Shown: piece after piece, positions 48,022 through 58,867 of the stretch
Position numbering within the stretch: the first letter of the stretch is position 1
Layout: each line of letters begins with the position of its first letter
NCBI GenBank assembly: GCA_963828465.1
Contig: CAWHEU010000018.1
Coordinates: 160,001 to 224,000 of the forward strand
Length of the DNA: 64,000 nt
Source of the DNA: an uncultured Acidobacteriota bacterium
GTDB taxonomy: Bacteria > Actinomycetota > Acidimicrobiia > Spongiisociales > ZC4RG35
Reading direction: 5' to 3'
The notes under the pieces: generated by a model
The model's input: only the letters and a program-made list of their open reading frames with translations
Told to the model about the DNA's origin: nothing
Databases searched by the model: none
Position numbers and translations under genes: made by a program

Positions 48022-49262
48022 GATCGCTGCCCCGCACCGAGGTCCTGCCTGCTGTTGTTCGCCGCCCTGCCGACTTCGATACAGGGGATCTCATCGGCGA
48101 GATCATCGAGGACGTGCGTGCGGTCGGTGAGCCTGCGATTCGCCGGTTTTCCGAGCACTTCGGCGACCTGGCCCCGGGTGATCAGATCGCTCACGACCGG
48201 GCAGACCTCAAGAAGGCACTCGATCGGATTGGCCCCGACGAGCGCCGGACTTTGGAGAGCGTCGCTGCGCGGATCAGGCATTTCGCCGAGGCTCAGCGGG
48301 AGGCCCTTGTAGACGTCGACGTCGAGGTGGCTGGAGGCCGGGCCGGGCATCGCTGGGTACCGGTGTCATCGGTGGGCGCCTATGCGCCGGGAGGGCGATA
48401 TCCCCTGCCCTCCTCGGTCCTGATGACTGTGATACCGGCATGGGTCGCAGGAGTGAAGACGGTCTGGGTCGCCTCACCACGCCCGACCGACGTCACCCTG
48501 GCCGCAGCCGCCGTCGCCGGGGCCGACGGCCTGCTCGCGATCGGTGGCGCCCAGGCCATCGCCAGCCTGGCCTTTGGCGTTCTGTCTCCTGCCTGTGATC
48601 TCATCGTGGGCCCGGGGAACAAGTATGTAACAGCCGCGAAGAGGGCGCTCTTTGGTGAGGTTGGGATAGATGGCCTTGCCGGCCCGAGCGAGATCCTGGT
48701 CGTCGCCGACGACCGGGCCGACCCCGCGTTGGTCGCCGCCGACCTGCTTGCCCAGGCGGAGCACGACATCGACGCCCTGCCACTCCTGGTGACGACCAGC
48801 TTGCGTCTGGCCAATGACGTGGATCACCAGATCGAGCTTCAGCTTGCCGACCTGCCAACCTCGTCGGTTGCCCGGCAAGCACTGACCAATGGCTTCTCCC
48901 TCGTGGTCGGTTCGTTGGATGAAGCAGTGTCCGCTGCCGAGCTGGTGGCGCCAGAGCATCTGGCCCTGCACGTCGAGCAGCCGGAGGATCTGTTGGGGAA
49001 GCTCACGTCTTACGGCTCGGTGTTCCTCGGTGGGCGGAGCGCCGAAGCGTTCGCCGACTATGGAGTCGGCCCCAACCACGTTCTCCCCACTGCGGGCGGG
49101 GCCAGGTACCAGTCCGGGCTCTCGGTGATGACATTCCTCAAGGCTCCGACCTGGTCACGGCTCGACGACCCAGCGGAGTTGATCGAGGACACGGTCCTCC
49201 TCGCCCGCCTCGAGGGTCTCGAGGGTCATGCGCGCGCCGCGATGATCCGTGTCGAGCCGTAG
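48018..49262 (+). CDS. hisD: histidinol dehydrogenase
   Basis: YAPGGRYPLPSSVLM, GPGNKYV, AGPSE, QAEH, APEHL, GPNHVLPT. Confidence 0.96.
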   Translation: MRSLPRTEVLPAVVRRPADFDTGDLIGEIIEDVRAVGEPAIRRFSEHFGDLAPGDQIAHDRADLKKALDRIGPDERRTLESVAARIRHFAEAQREALVDVDVEVAGGRAGHRWVPVSSVGAYAPGGRYPLPSSVLMTVIPAWVAGVKTVWVASPRPTDVTLAAAAVAGADGLLAIGGAQAIASLAFGVLSPACDLIVGPGNKYVTAAKRALFGEVGIDGLAGPSEILVVADDRADPALVAADLLAQAEHDIDALPLLVTTSLRLANDVDHQIELQLADLPTSSVARQALTNGFSLVVGSLDEAVSAAELVAPEHLALHVEQPEDLLGKLTSYGSVFLGGRSAEAFADYGVGPNHVLPTAGGARYQSGLSVMTFLKAPTWSRLDDPAELIEDTVLLARLEGLEGHARAAMIRVEP

Positions 49263-49277
49263 TGCCATCTGCCTAGG

Positions 49278-49667
49278 GTGGGACGCCCGACGAAAGGAGA
49301 GCACTTGCCGGGCGAATTGGCCTTTGTCGAGTTTGGTGTCGAGGACGTAGAGAAGGGGCGAGTCTTCTACGAGAGCTTGTTCGGGTGGAAGTTCGAGCAC
49401 GGGCCGACAGGCCAGGGATATGTGGTCTCACTCCCCAACGTCGGCGGAGGGATTCACGGCGAGGACCAGGGCGCCGCCCCCTATCTCTTCTTCAGGGTCG
49501 ACGACATCGACGCCGCCGCCGAGCAGGTCCGGGAGCTGGGCGGATCTATTGACGATGTCGACGTCGAAGGAGACGCAGAGTCGATCGCGCGCTTCGGCCG
49601 GTTCAGGCTGTGCAAGGACGACCAGGGCTCACCATTCGGCCTGCATCAGGCTCCTCTGCCCATGTAG
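49278..49667 (+). CDS. VOC/glyoxalase family protein
   Basis: FYESLFGW, FRVDDID, DDQGSPFGL; true start may be the TTG after AAAGGAG. Confidence 0.85.
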   Translation: MGRPTKGEHLPGELAFVEFGVEDVEKGRVFYESLFGWKFEHGPTGQGYVVSLPNVGGGIHGEDQGAAPYLFFRVDDIDAAAEQVRELGGSIDDVDVEGDAESIARFGRFRLCKDDQGSPFGLHQAPLPM

Positions 49668-49668
49668 G

Positions 49669-52600
49669 TCACATGTTCCGTCGGTATTGCCCGCCGACCT
49701 CGTAGAGGGCCTTGCTCATCTGCCCCAAGGAGGCCACCTTGGCCGTCTCCATGAGCTGGGCAAAGATGTTCCCCCGCGAGACGGCGGTCTTCTGCAGCTC
49801 TTCGAGGGCCGTCGGTCCGGCGTCTCGGTTCCGGTCCTGGAAGGAGCGCACATTTGCGATCTGGCGGTCCTTGTCCTCGGTCGTTGACCTGATCAATGCC
49901 TGGGGGATGACGAACGGAGATCCCTCCTTCGAAATGAAGGTGTTGACCCCGACCACCGGGTAGACGCCGGCCTCCTTCTGCTGCTCGTAATAGAGCGACT
50001 CCTCCTGGATCTTGGTGCGCTGGTACTGCCGCTCCATCGCCCCCAGAACTCCCCCGCGGCTGTTGATCCGGTCGAACTCGGCGAGCACCGCCTCCTCGAC
50101 CAGATCGGTGAGCTCCTCGATGATGAAGCTGCCCTGAAGCGGGTTCTGGTTCTTGGCCAGCCCCAGCTCCTGATTGATGATCAGTTGGATGGCGAGGGCT
50201 CGGCGCACCGACTCCTCTGTCGGAGTGGTGATCGCCTCGTCGTAGGCATTGGTGTGGAGGCTGTTGGTGTTGTCGTAGATGGCATACAACGCCTGCAGCG
50301 TGGTCCTGATGTCATTGAACGAGATCTCCTGGGCATGGAGAGACCGTCCCGAGGTCTGCACGTGGTACTTCAGCTTCTGAGATCGTTCGTTGCCCCGGTA
50401 GCGGTGCTTGATCGCCTTGGCCCAGATGCGACGGGCGACACGCCCGATCACGGCGTACTCGGCGTCGATGCCGTTGGAGAAGAAGAAGGAGAGGTTGGGG
50501 GCGAAGTCGTCGATGTCCATGCCCCGGGCGAGGTAGTTCTCGACGTATGTGAACCCATTTGCCAGTGTGAAGGCGAGCTGGGTGATCGGGTTGGCCCCGG
50601 CCTCGGCCATGTGATACCCGCTGATCGACACCGAGTAGAAGTTTCGGACGTCGTTGTCGACGAACCATTGCTGGATGTCCCCCATCATGCCGAGAGCGAA
50701 TTCGGTGGAGAAGATGCAGGTGTTCTGGGCCTGATCTTCCTTGAGGATGTCGGCCTGCACGGTGCCCCGCACCCGGGAAACCGTCTCGGCCTTGATCCGC
50801 TCGTAGACATCCGCCGGGAGCACCTGATCCCCCGTCACTCCGAGGAGCCGGAGCCCGAGCCCGTCGTGACCCTCCGGAAGGTCCCCGGCATAGACGGGTC
50901 TGGGGCGGTCGCCGTAGATCTCGTCGATCCGGGCCTCCACTTCCTCCCACAGGTCATTGTCGGTGATGTGGCTCTCACACGCCTGATCGACAGCCGCATT
51001 CATGTAAAAGGCGAGGATCATCGGGGCGGGACCGTTGATGGTCATCGAAACCGAGGTGGTGGGGTCGGACAGATCGAAGCCGGAATAGAGCTTCTTGGCG
51101 TCGTCGAGGGTGGCTATCGAGACCCCGGAGTTGCCCACTTTGCCGTAGATGTCGGGCCGCTCGTGGGGATCCTCTCCGTATAGCGTCACCGAGTCGAATG
51201 CAGTCGAGAGCCGCTTCGCCGGCATGCCCGCCGCCAGATAATGGAACCGGCGGTTGGTCTGCTCCGGGGGGCCCTCCCCGGCGAACATCCGCGCCGGGTC
51301 CTCTTCTGCTCGCTTGAAAGGGAAGACGCCTGCGGTGTAGGGAAACTCACCCGGGACGTTCTCCTGCAGCAGCCATCGGAGACGGTCACCCCACGATCTG
51401 TAGCGGGGCAGCGCCACCTTCGGCACGAGAGTGTGGCTCAATGTCTCCTCATGGAGCGGGACCCTGATCTCACGACCCCTGACGTGGTAGATGTACTCGG
51501 TCCCCGAGTACTCGGCGATCATCGCCTCCCAGCGCTCGAGAGACCTGCCGTTCTCAGGATCGAGTGACTCCTCGACCTCGCTGACCAGATCCTCCACATT
51601 GGCGCCCCGTTCGCGGGCTCCCTCGAGTCGGTACAGAGTCTCTGCGACATCCGACTGCGCGGCAGCCCAGGTGTCGTATTCGCGGTTCGCCTCAACTATC
51701 TCGGCCAGATAACGGGTCCGTTCCGGGGGAACGACGTGCTGTTTGGCCTCGTCGCTCAGAGGGAGATCGAGGTTCGACTCGAGAATGAGGCCGTGACCGG
51801 CCAGCTCTTCGAGAAGGGCCTGGTAGAAGCGGTTCGTTCCAGGGTCGTTGAAATCCGAGGCGACGGTCAGGTGGACCGGGAGCACATCGTCATCGGCGGT
51901 AAAGGCCAGGCGGTTCCGCTTGTACTGCTTGCGGACGTCCCGGAGCGCGTCCCGGGCCCCTTCCTTGTCTGCCTTGTTGATCGCGACCAGGTCGGCGAAG
52001 TCGAGCATGTCGATCTTCTCCAACTGGGTGGCGGCCCCGTACTCGGGGGTCATGACGTAAATCGACATGTCCGAGTAGTCGACGATCTCCGTATCGGACT
52101 GCCCGATCCCGGACGTCTCCAACAGCACGAGGTCGAACCCGGCGGCCTTGACCACTTCGATGGCGCGCTGGACATGCGGCGAAAGGGCGAGGTTGGCCTG
52201 ACGGGTGGCCAGCGACCGCATGTACGCCCTGCGGGTGGGGAAGGGAATTCAGCCGGATCCGGTCACCCAGCAGGGCGCCTCCCGACCGACGCTTCGACGG
52301 GTCCACCGAGATCACCGCAACCTCGAGATCCTCGAAGTCGAGGAGGAACCGACGCAGCAGCTCGTCGACGAGGCTCGACTTACCCGAGCCGCCGGTGCCG
52401 GTGATCCCCACGACCGGGGCTGAGGATGTTGCGGCCCGGGCCTCGATCTGCTCGAAGACGTCCTGGTATTTCTCGGGAAAGTTCTCCGCTGCCGAGATGA
52501 GAGTGGCCACCATTCGGGTGTTACCGGCTCCGAGGTCGTCGAGATCGAAGTCCTCATCCAACTCTCCGGTGGCGAAGTCGGATCGGGCCAGCATGTCGCT

Positions 52601-53014
52601 GACCATCCCCTGCATGCCCATCTCACGCCCATCGTCAGGCGAGTAGACCCGGGTGATCCCGGATGCGGCCAGCTCCTCCCCCTCATGCGGAAGGATCGTT
52701 CCGCCGCCCCCACCGAAGATTCGGATGTGCCCGGCGTCCCGTTCCACGAGCAGGTCGCGCAGATAGCGGTAGAACTCCATGTGACCACCCTGATAGGAGG
52801 TCACCGCGATGGCGTGGGCGTCCTCCTCGACGGCCGTCTCCACGATGTCGAGGCCTGTCCGGTTGTGACCGAGATGAATGACTTCGGCGCCTGAGGCCTG
52901 AAGAATGCGGCGAAAGATGTTGATGGAGGCGTCGTGGCCATCGAACAACGTGGTGGCGGTCACGAAGCGGACCTTGTTGGCCAGATTTGGCCTGTCGAGG
53001 GAGGCCTCCGTCAT
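49669..53014 (-). CDS. icmF: fused isobutyryl-CoA mutase/GTPase IcmF; frameshift near 52230
   Basis: [10 protein letters not shown]12-binding domain, GTGGSGKSS MeaB domain, [31 protein letters not shown]. Confidence 0.92.
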
Positions 53015-53107
53015 TCATCCCTTCCGCTGACTAGTTCAAACTGTACCCAGGATTTGGGCGTTCTCTCCCCTGTTCCCCCTCATGCAAACGAGTAGATTGA
53101 CGTCGGG

Positions 53108-53413
53108 ATGTTTTACACGGGGCGGCTAAAAGCACAAAGACTCGAGCCGACCGCGGTCACGATCGAGGTCGCTGAGGGCAGATTCCGCGTGGTCGCCGGG
53201 AAACGGCAGCTCGGTTCTTGGCCCATGGACACTCTCGAGATCCACCGGACGTCGGTTTATCGCTTTGCCTTCGACATCGAAGGGGACACCTTCGAGTTCT
53301 TCCCGGAGGACCCTTCGGCCTTCGCGAATGCAGCCGGGGCAATCATCGATCTGACCGAAACCAAGGGCCGTTTCGGGCTCAAGGCGCGAATCCAGGACGC
53401 AAGCAGCGCCTGA
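53108..53413 (+). CDS. hypothetical protein
   Basis: 101-aa ORF with plausible composition, divergent from icmF. Confidence 0.6.
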   Translation: MFYTGRLKAQRLEPTAVTIEVAEGRFRVVAGKRQLGSWPMDTLEIHRTSVYRFAFDIEGDTFEFFPEDPSAFANAAGAIIDLTETKGRFGLKARIQDASSA

Positions 53414-53441
53414 ACCTGGATTTCGCTGTAAGAATTGAGGG

Positions 53442-54179
53442 ATGGTCCCCCGTCTTCTGATACGTGGAGTCACCGCCGGCGCCGTGATACTCGGTGCCGA
53501 AGTCCTGTATGCGGCGCTCCAACCTGCTCCCCGTCAGGCCGAGTTCGATCCCTCCGATGTCTTCGGTGACCCGAGCCATCCACCATTGCGAATAGCTGTG
53601 TTGGGAGATTCCTCGGTGACCGCTCCGGGTGTGGCCGGACCGGAGGAGATCTGGGTCAGCATCATCAGCCAGAGAGCAGCTCAAAATCGCCATGTCACCC
53701 TCCGCTCGTACGCGGTGAGCGGGTCACACGCCGACGATCTGCTGCGCGACCAACTCGACCCGGCCATCGCCTTCGATCCCGACATCTTCCTGGTCTCGGT
53801 CGGCGCCAACGATGTGATCCATGGAGTTGGCATTCGCGTGTTCGAGAGACGGCTGGACGAGCTCGTGGCCGCGTTGGCCGACACCGGATCACTTGTCATC
53901 CTCAGCGGCGTCGGCGACCTCGGAACCATCCCCAGGCTGAAGCCACCTTTGCGCAACCTGATGACACAGCGCTCGGCCCGCTTCGATCGGGCGCACCACC
54001 GGGTGGCGGCACGTTTTGGCGCCCATGTGGTCCCGCACAGAAAGGACGACCCGACCATCTGGTACACGGACCGGGACCTCTGGTCGGCCGACAAGTTCCA
54101 TGTCAGTGCGGTCGGCCATCGGCGCTGGGCGGAGTCGACATGGCGGACTTTCGAGCCCCTGCTCGAACAGCATGGATGA
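53442..54179 (+). CDS. SGNH/GDSL hydrolase
   Basis: LGDS, VGAND, DKFH. Confidence 0.88.
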   Translation: MVPRLLIRGVTAGAVILGAEVLYAALQPAPRQAEFDPSDVFGDPSHPPLRIAVLGDSSVTAPGVAGPEEIWVSIISQRAAQNRHVTLRSYAVSGSHADDLLRDQLDPAIAFDPDIFLVSVGANDVIHGVGIRVFERRLDELVAALADTGSLVILSGVGDLGTIPRLKPPLRNLMTQRSARFDRAHHRVAARFGAHVVPHRKDDPTIWYTDRDLWSADKFHVSAVGHRRWAESTWRTFEPLLEQHG

Positions 54180-54582
54180 CGCCGAGGCACTGCAACGGCT
54201 CGCCGCGGGACGAGTGGGCAGGTTCGCCTCGATAACACCGGACGGCCGGCCGCACGTGGTCGTTGTCACATTCACCGTGATCGGACTGAACGTCGTTCAC
54301 ATGATCGACGAGAAGCCGAAGACAACGCACCACCTGCAGCGACTGCAGAACGTGGAGACGTTGCCTGTCGCCTCGCTGCTGGTTGACCACTACGACGAGG
54401 ACTGGCACCAGCTCTGGTGGGTTCGGGCTGACGGTGAGGTCACAATCGAGAAGGATGGCGGCAATTGGTGGGAAGCCAGGTCACGTCTCAAGGGGAAATA
54501 CCGGCAATACCGCAATGCCCCACCGAGCGGCCCCGCCATCTTCCTCTCCATCGACCGGCTCAGCCATTGGGAGCACAGCTGA
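54172..54582 (+). CDS. PPOX-class F420-dependent oxidoreductase (TIGR03668-like)
   Basis: IDEKPK..LQRLQNV..LVDHYDEDWHQLWWVRADG..KYRQY. Confidence 0.85.
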   Translation: MDDAEALQRLAAGRVGRFASITPDGRPHVVVVTFTVIGLNVVHMIDEKPKTTHHLQRLQNVETLPVASLLVDHYDEDWHQLWWVRADGEVTIEKDGGNWWEARSRLKGKYRQYRNAPPSGPAIFLSIDRLSHWEHS

Positions 54583-55105
54583 TCACGCCTTCTTCCATCG
54601 CCAGCCAGCCAACCCGGACGTCATGCTCCTCGACCGGCACCGCGTCTACCAGCCGCGGTGCAGGCGCGATCCCGATCGCGGCGGCGTCGCCACGGGCCGC
54701 TGAGAGGATCCTGTCGTAGTGCCCTGCCCCGTTCCCGAGCCGGCCACCGCTGGGGTCGAAGGCAAGACCGGGGACGAGGAAGACATCGATCTCAGAGATA
54801 GGGATGACCGGCCCCGAATCGCTGGGCTGCTCCATCCCGAAGTGATGGGTTTCACGAGGGACGGCGAGATCCCTGAACGTGACCGAGCGATCGACCTCGA
54901 CCCGAGGCAGCACCCATCGCCAACCCGGGAGCATGTCGAACAGGGGGCGAAGGTCCACCTCGCCCTCCATCGGAAGGAAGGCCGAGATGGTCCCGGGGAG
55001 ACTGGGAGACAGCCAGGCGAACAAACCGGCGACGATCCGCCGGCTCATCTGCGTCGGGATGGGACCTACTTCTCGCATCCGAGTCCGAAGAGATGCCTTT
55101 TCCAT
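54560..55105 (-). CDS. 5-formyltetrahydrofolate cyclo-ligase
   Basis: EKASLR, VPGLAFD..GGRLGNGAGHYDR, EEHD. Confidence 0.9.
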   Translation of the reverse strand: MEKASLRTRMREVGPIPTQMSRRIVAGLFAWLSPSLPGTISAFLPMEGEVDLRPLFDMLPGWRWVLPRVEVDRSVTFRDLAVPRETHHFGMEQPSDSGPVIPISEIDVFLVPGLAFDPSGGRLGNGAGHYDRILSAARGDAAAIGIAPAPRLVDAVPVEEHDVRVGWLAMEEGVISCAPNG

Positions 55106-55144
55106 GATGGGTCAGGGTAAGAGACCGATCGGTACTCTCCCTTT

Positions 55145-55888
55145 ATGCGGTTGTTCATCGACGTGCCCAGGACGATCATCACCGTGGTCGCCGGAGTGAC
55201 CGCCACCATCGTCGCAGTCGCTCTCATCGCGGTCATGGTCGTAGTCAACGACAGCTCGCCAATGATCGAAAAGATCATCAGGGGGTGGAGCCGCGTGTGG
55301 CTCGCCGTCTCTGGGACCAAGCTCGAGATCGAGGGGGCCGAGAACATCGATCCGAATCGGTCCTACGTCGTCGTTGCCAACCATCTGTCGGCGCTCGACA
55401 TCATGGCGTGCCTCCTCGCGGTGCCCCTGCCGATCCGTTTCCTCGCCAAGAAGGAGCTGTTCCGGGTCCCGGTGCTGGCACAAGGGATGAGAATGGTGGG
55501 GATAATCGAAGTCGACCGCCAAGCCAGAGGTGCGGTGCACTCCGAGGTGAATCGTCAGTCGCGAGAGCTCATCGAGAAGGGTCGAAGCCTGATCATCTAC
55601 GCCGAGGGCACCAGGCCCCGCAACGGGGTGATGAAGCCGTTCAAGAAGGGCGCCTTCACGATGGCGATCAGCTCGGGGCTGCCGATCCTCCCACTGTCGA
55701 TACATGGGTCGTACGAGGCCTGGCCCCCGGGCAAGCCGTTGGTGAGGGGCGGGGTGATCACAGTCGTCCTCGACAAGCCGGTCGAGACCGAGGGTATGAC
55801 GGCTTCGGACACGGGCTACCTGCGCGACCAGGTCCGCGAGGTGATCGCGGGCCGGGTGGAGGCCTTGGGCGGCGCCGTCGGCCAGTAG
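55145..55888 (+). CDS. plsC: 1-acyl-sn-glycerol-3-phosphate acyltransferase
   Basis: NHLSALD, AKKELF, AEGTR, FKKGAF. Confidence 0.88.
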   Translation: MRLFIDVPRTIITVVAGVTATIVAVALIAVMVVVNDSSPMIEKIIRGWSRVWLAVSGTKLEIEGAENIDPNRSYVVVANHLSALDIMACLLAVPLPIRFLAKKELFRVPVLAQGMRMVGIIEVDRQARGAVHSEVNRQSRELIEKGRSLIIYAEGTRPRNGVMKPFKKGAFTMAISSGLPILPLSIHGSYEAWPPGKPLVRGGVITVVLDKPVETEGMTASDTGYLRDQVREVIAGRVEALGGAVGQ

Positions 55889-55966
55889 GGGAACCTCGGC
55901 TGGCTCTCGAAACGTGACACACTGGGCAAGAACCGGAGTCGGTTCGCCCAAACAGAGAGGCCCGAA

Positions 55967-56092
55967 GTGGCTAACAAAGACAAGGGCGGCAAGAGCACTA
56001 AGAAGGTGGCGGCCAAGGACTTGAAGGAAAAGCGCCAGGCCAAGAAGGACAAGAAGGCTGTTGCCGCGTCGGCCAGCCGCGTGACGCGCTAG
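55967..56092 (+). CDS. small Lys-rich peptide (41 aa)
   Basis: AGAGAGG RBS; MANKDKGGKSTKKVAAKDLKEKRQAKKDKKAVAASASRVTR; below the ORF track cutoff. Confidence 0.65.
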   Translation: MANKDKGGKSTKKVAAKDLKEKRQAKKDKKAVAASASRVTR

Positions 56093-56107
56093 ACGAGCCT
56101 CACCCCG

Positions 56108-57256
56108 TCAGTACAGGAACATCGGCTTGCCGAGAACGTGTCGCACCTTGGGCAGATAGGTGTCGAGGTCGTAGAGCTCGTCGACATCGACCCGTTTGAC
56201 GCCTTCCTTGGTGACACCGATGGGGACGTGGGTGTACGTGCCACCCCGCAACGCCACCATGCGGCCATGACTGGTCTCGACCGCCAGATCGGCGGCCATC
56301 ACCGCGTAGTTGGTGGCCACCATGAGATCGAGAGAGTCGGGCGCCCCCGATCGCATGAGGTAGGCCACTTGCTGGTAGAGCACCGGCTCGCCGGTTCGCT
56401 CCTTCAGCAACTCGCCGGTGAGGGCGCCGATGCCACCCAGCTTGCGGTGGCCATACGCGTCTTCCTCCCCCGCCAGCATCATGTTCCCCTCCTGTAGCCG
56501 GGCGCCTTCGGAGATAGTCATCATTGCGTAGTTCGATGGGTTCGAGGCTCGATCAGACAAGAGCATGCCGGCGAGCTTCTCGATGTCGAAAGGGACCTCG
56601 GAGATGATCGCCCTGTCCACCCCCGACAGATAGGCGGTCACGAGTGAGGTCTCGCCGCTGTACCGGCCGAATAGCTCTACCACCGCTATTCGTTCGTGCG
56701 ATCCGGCCGCCGTGCGCAGACTGTGGATGAACTGAACCCCGCGTGTCACCGCGGTCGAGAAGCCGATGCAGTAGTCGGTGCCATGGACGTCGTTGTCCAT
56801 GGTCTTCGGAATGGCGACCACCGGCACCCCCTCCTCGTGGAGACGAAGCCCGTATGACAGGGTGTCGTCGCCCCCGATCGGGATCAGGACGTCGATCTTC
56901 TGGTCTTCGAGGACTCCGAGCACGTGGGGAGTGATGTCGACAGTCCCCTCCTCGCCCGATTTGTCGCCGAGGAAGGTAGGAACCTCCTCCGGTCTCATCT
57001 TGCCGGGATTGGTCCGAGACGTATGGAGGAAGGTTCCACCGGTGCGATCGATGGTTCGGACCACGCCGGGATCGAGTGGGATCAGCAAGTCAGCGTTCGA
57101 TTGGGCGTCCTCGGGGTTGAAATGAGCCAACCCGCCCCATCCACGGCGGATCCCCACCACCTGATGTCCCTCTTCGGAGGCCCGGTTCACCACCGCCTTG
57201 ATGCAGGCGTTGAGTCCGGGCACGTCTCCACCACCAGTCAAGATTCCGATTCGCAT
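56108..57256 (-). CDS. 6-phosphofructokinase (PFK-A family, probably PPi-dependent)
   Basis: [32 protein letters not shown]. Confidence 0.92.
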   Translation of the reverse strand: MRIGILTGGGDVPGLNACIKAVVNRASEEGHQVVGIRRGWGGLAHFNPEDAQSNADLLIPLDPGVVRTIDRTGGTFLHTSRTNPGKMRPEEVPTFLGDKSGEEGTVDITPHVLGVLEDQKIDVLIPIGGDDTLSYGLRLHEEGVPVVAIPKTMDNDVHGTDYCIGFSTAVTRGVQFIHSLRTAAGSHERIAVVELFGRYSGETSLVTAYLSGVDRAIISEVPFDIEKLAGMLLSDRASNPSNYAMMTISEGARLQEGNMMLAGEEDAYGHRKLGGIGALTGELLKERTGEPVLYQQVAYLMRSGAPDSLDLMVATNYAVMAADLAVETSHGRMVALRGGTYTHVPIGVTKEGVKRVDVDELYDLDTYLPKVRHVLGKPMFLY

Positions 57257-57289
57257 GGGGCGGCAGAGTACCGCCGTCGAAAGGGCCGA

Positions 57290-57847
57290 CTACCGCCTCA
57301 CGTATGCGAGGTACACGGCCCCCGAATCGAACACCCGCTGGTCGACCAGACGCAGGCCAAGCTCTACCCCATCCGGGAAGAACGGCTTCCCCGAGCCGAC
57401 CACCACAGGCAGGACAACCAGCCGGAACTCGTCGATGAGGTCGAGCAGCGACGCGGCCAGACCGGCCCCGCCCACGTCGAGGGGGCCTTCGGTCTCAGCC
57501 TTGAGACGGCTGACCACCGCCGTCGCGTCCCGGCTGCGAACCAGTTCGACACCGGATCGGACGCTCTCCAGCGTGTCGGAGAACACGAAACGCGGCGTGT
57601 CGACATAGGCACGTGCGAATTCTGCCTCGACCTCGGGAAGGTCGTCCCGCATCGCGGCTGCGGTCCAGTGCTCGTCCATGGTCTCGAAAAGCCGGCGCCC
57701 GTACAAGAACGCGGCTGCCGCCTTGGTTTGTTCATTCCAGTGCCGGTGCACGTCGTCTGCGGGCGGCCCCGAGAACGCGATGCTCCCACTGGAATCCTCG
57801 ATATAGCCGTCGATTGACACGTTCATTCCATAGATGACCTTGCCCAT
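57290..57847 (-). CDS. dihydrofolate reductase/RibD C-terminal-like protein
   Basis: SIDGYI, YGRRLFE, GGAGLAAS..IDEF..PVVVGSGKPFF. Confidence 0.88.
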   Translation of the reverse strand: MGKVIYGMNVSIDGYIEDSSGSIAFSGPPADDVHRHWNEQTKAAAAFLYGRRLFETMDEHWTAAAMRDDLPEVEAEFARAYVDTPRFVFSDTLESVRSGVELVRSRDATAVVSRLKAETEGPLDVGGAGLAASLLDLIDEFRLVVLPVVVGSGKPFFPDGVELGLRLVDQRVFDSGAVYLAYVRR

Positions 57848-57862
57848 TCTTCGCTCCTTCGT

Positions 57863-58171
57863 TTACCCCATCATTGCGCGGGTGACGTAGAAGAACATCA
57901 TCCCGACCGCCAGAACGCCCCACAAATTCCGGCGGAACACGACGGCGCCGATGACACCACCCAGAGCGGCGGCGAGGGCAGGGGTAACAGCGGGCTCCCC
58001 TTCCGGAGCTACCAGCCCGGTGATGGCAATGGCGACGAAAAGGGCAAGGGGGAAGACATCGAGAAATCGACCCAACGCGCCTTCCGGTACCGGACGGGGG
58101 CGGAGCAGGAAAGCCACCCTGGTTCCGTAGGTGATTGCCGCCACGGCCAGGACGAGCGTTAGGTCACTCAC
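57863..58171 (-). CDS. azlD: AzlD family membrane protein
   Basis: AITYGTRVAF, RFLDVFPLALF; coupled to azlC. Confidence 0.75.
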   Translation of the reverse strand: MSDLTLVLAVAAITYGTRVAFLLRPRPVPEGALGRFLDVFPLALFVAIAITGLVAPEGEPAVTPALAAALGGVIGAVVFRRNLWGVLAVGMMFFYVTRAMMG

Positions 58172-58832
58172 CGACGAAGACCCCGGCCAGGGACGCCACC
58201 ACCGCGGCAACGGTGATCTGCCATGCGGTAGGAAGGACAGCAGTGGCGACGATGGAGGCCACCACCGCTGCGCCGGCCACGAGGAGGTCTTTCCGGCTCT
58301 TGATCATGGGAGCGGCGAGCCCGAGGAACAGCAATGGGAAGAGGACTCCGATCCCGACCGCTTCGGGATCGATCGAGCCGCCAAACCAGGCGCCGATCGT
58401 GGTCCCGACCACCCAACCGGAGTAGAGCATGAGATCTGCGGCCGTCTTGTAGGCCACCAAGTCCTCAACGCCGGCGTCAGCGGCCCGGACGGTGAGACCA
58501 AAGGTCTCGTCGACCAGGATGAAGGCCAGCCGAAGCCGCGTGCCCAGGGGCCGGACGCCGATCATGTTGGACAGCGATGCAGACATCGGGATGTGGCGCA
58601 ACCCGAGACCGGTCGCCGCCAACAGCACCGCGACGGGACCTGACGCGAGGAGTCCGATCATGGCGAACTGCGCCGCCCCGGAAACGATGATCACCGACGA
58701 AAAGACGGCGAGCCATGGCGGAAACCCGGCCCGTACTGACAGGACGCCGTAGGCCACGCCGAACCCGGCGACAGCGAGGATGATCAGGACCGAGTCCCGT
58801 ATTCCCTGGCGAAACGACGGGTTGTCGAGCAC
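58164..58832 (-). CDS. azlC: AzlC family branched-chain amino acid exporter
   Basis: FGVAYG, SGAAQF, LRHIPMSASL, LVDETF. Confidence 0.85.
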   Translation of the reverse strand: MLDNPSFRQGIRDSVLIILAVAGFGVAYGVLSVRAGFPPWLAVFSSVIIVSGAAQFAMIGLLASGPVAVLLAATGLGLRHIPMSASLSNMIGVRPLGTRLRLAFILVDETFGLTVRAADAGVEDLVAYKTAADLMLYSGWVVGTTIGAWFGGSIDPEAVGIGVLFPLLFLGLAAPMIKSRKDLLVAGAAVVASIVATAVLPTAWQITVAAVVASLAGVFVGE

Positions 58833-58867
58833 GCAGGCACGGTACCGGGCACCTGGCCCGGCTCAGC

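Noticed and set aside
52200-52260. Programmed frameshift or genuine split in icmF
   Set aside because: No clear slippery site. Scattered single indels in unrelated genes (about 15500, 26735, 44335) suggest assembly error; read checking is needed.
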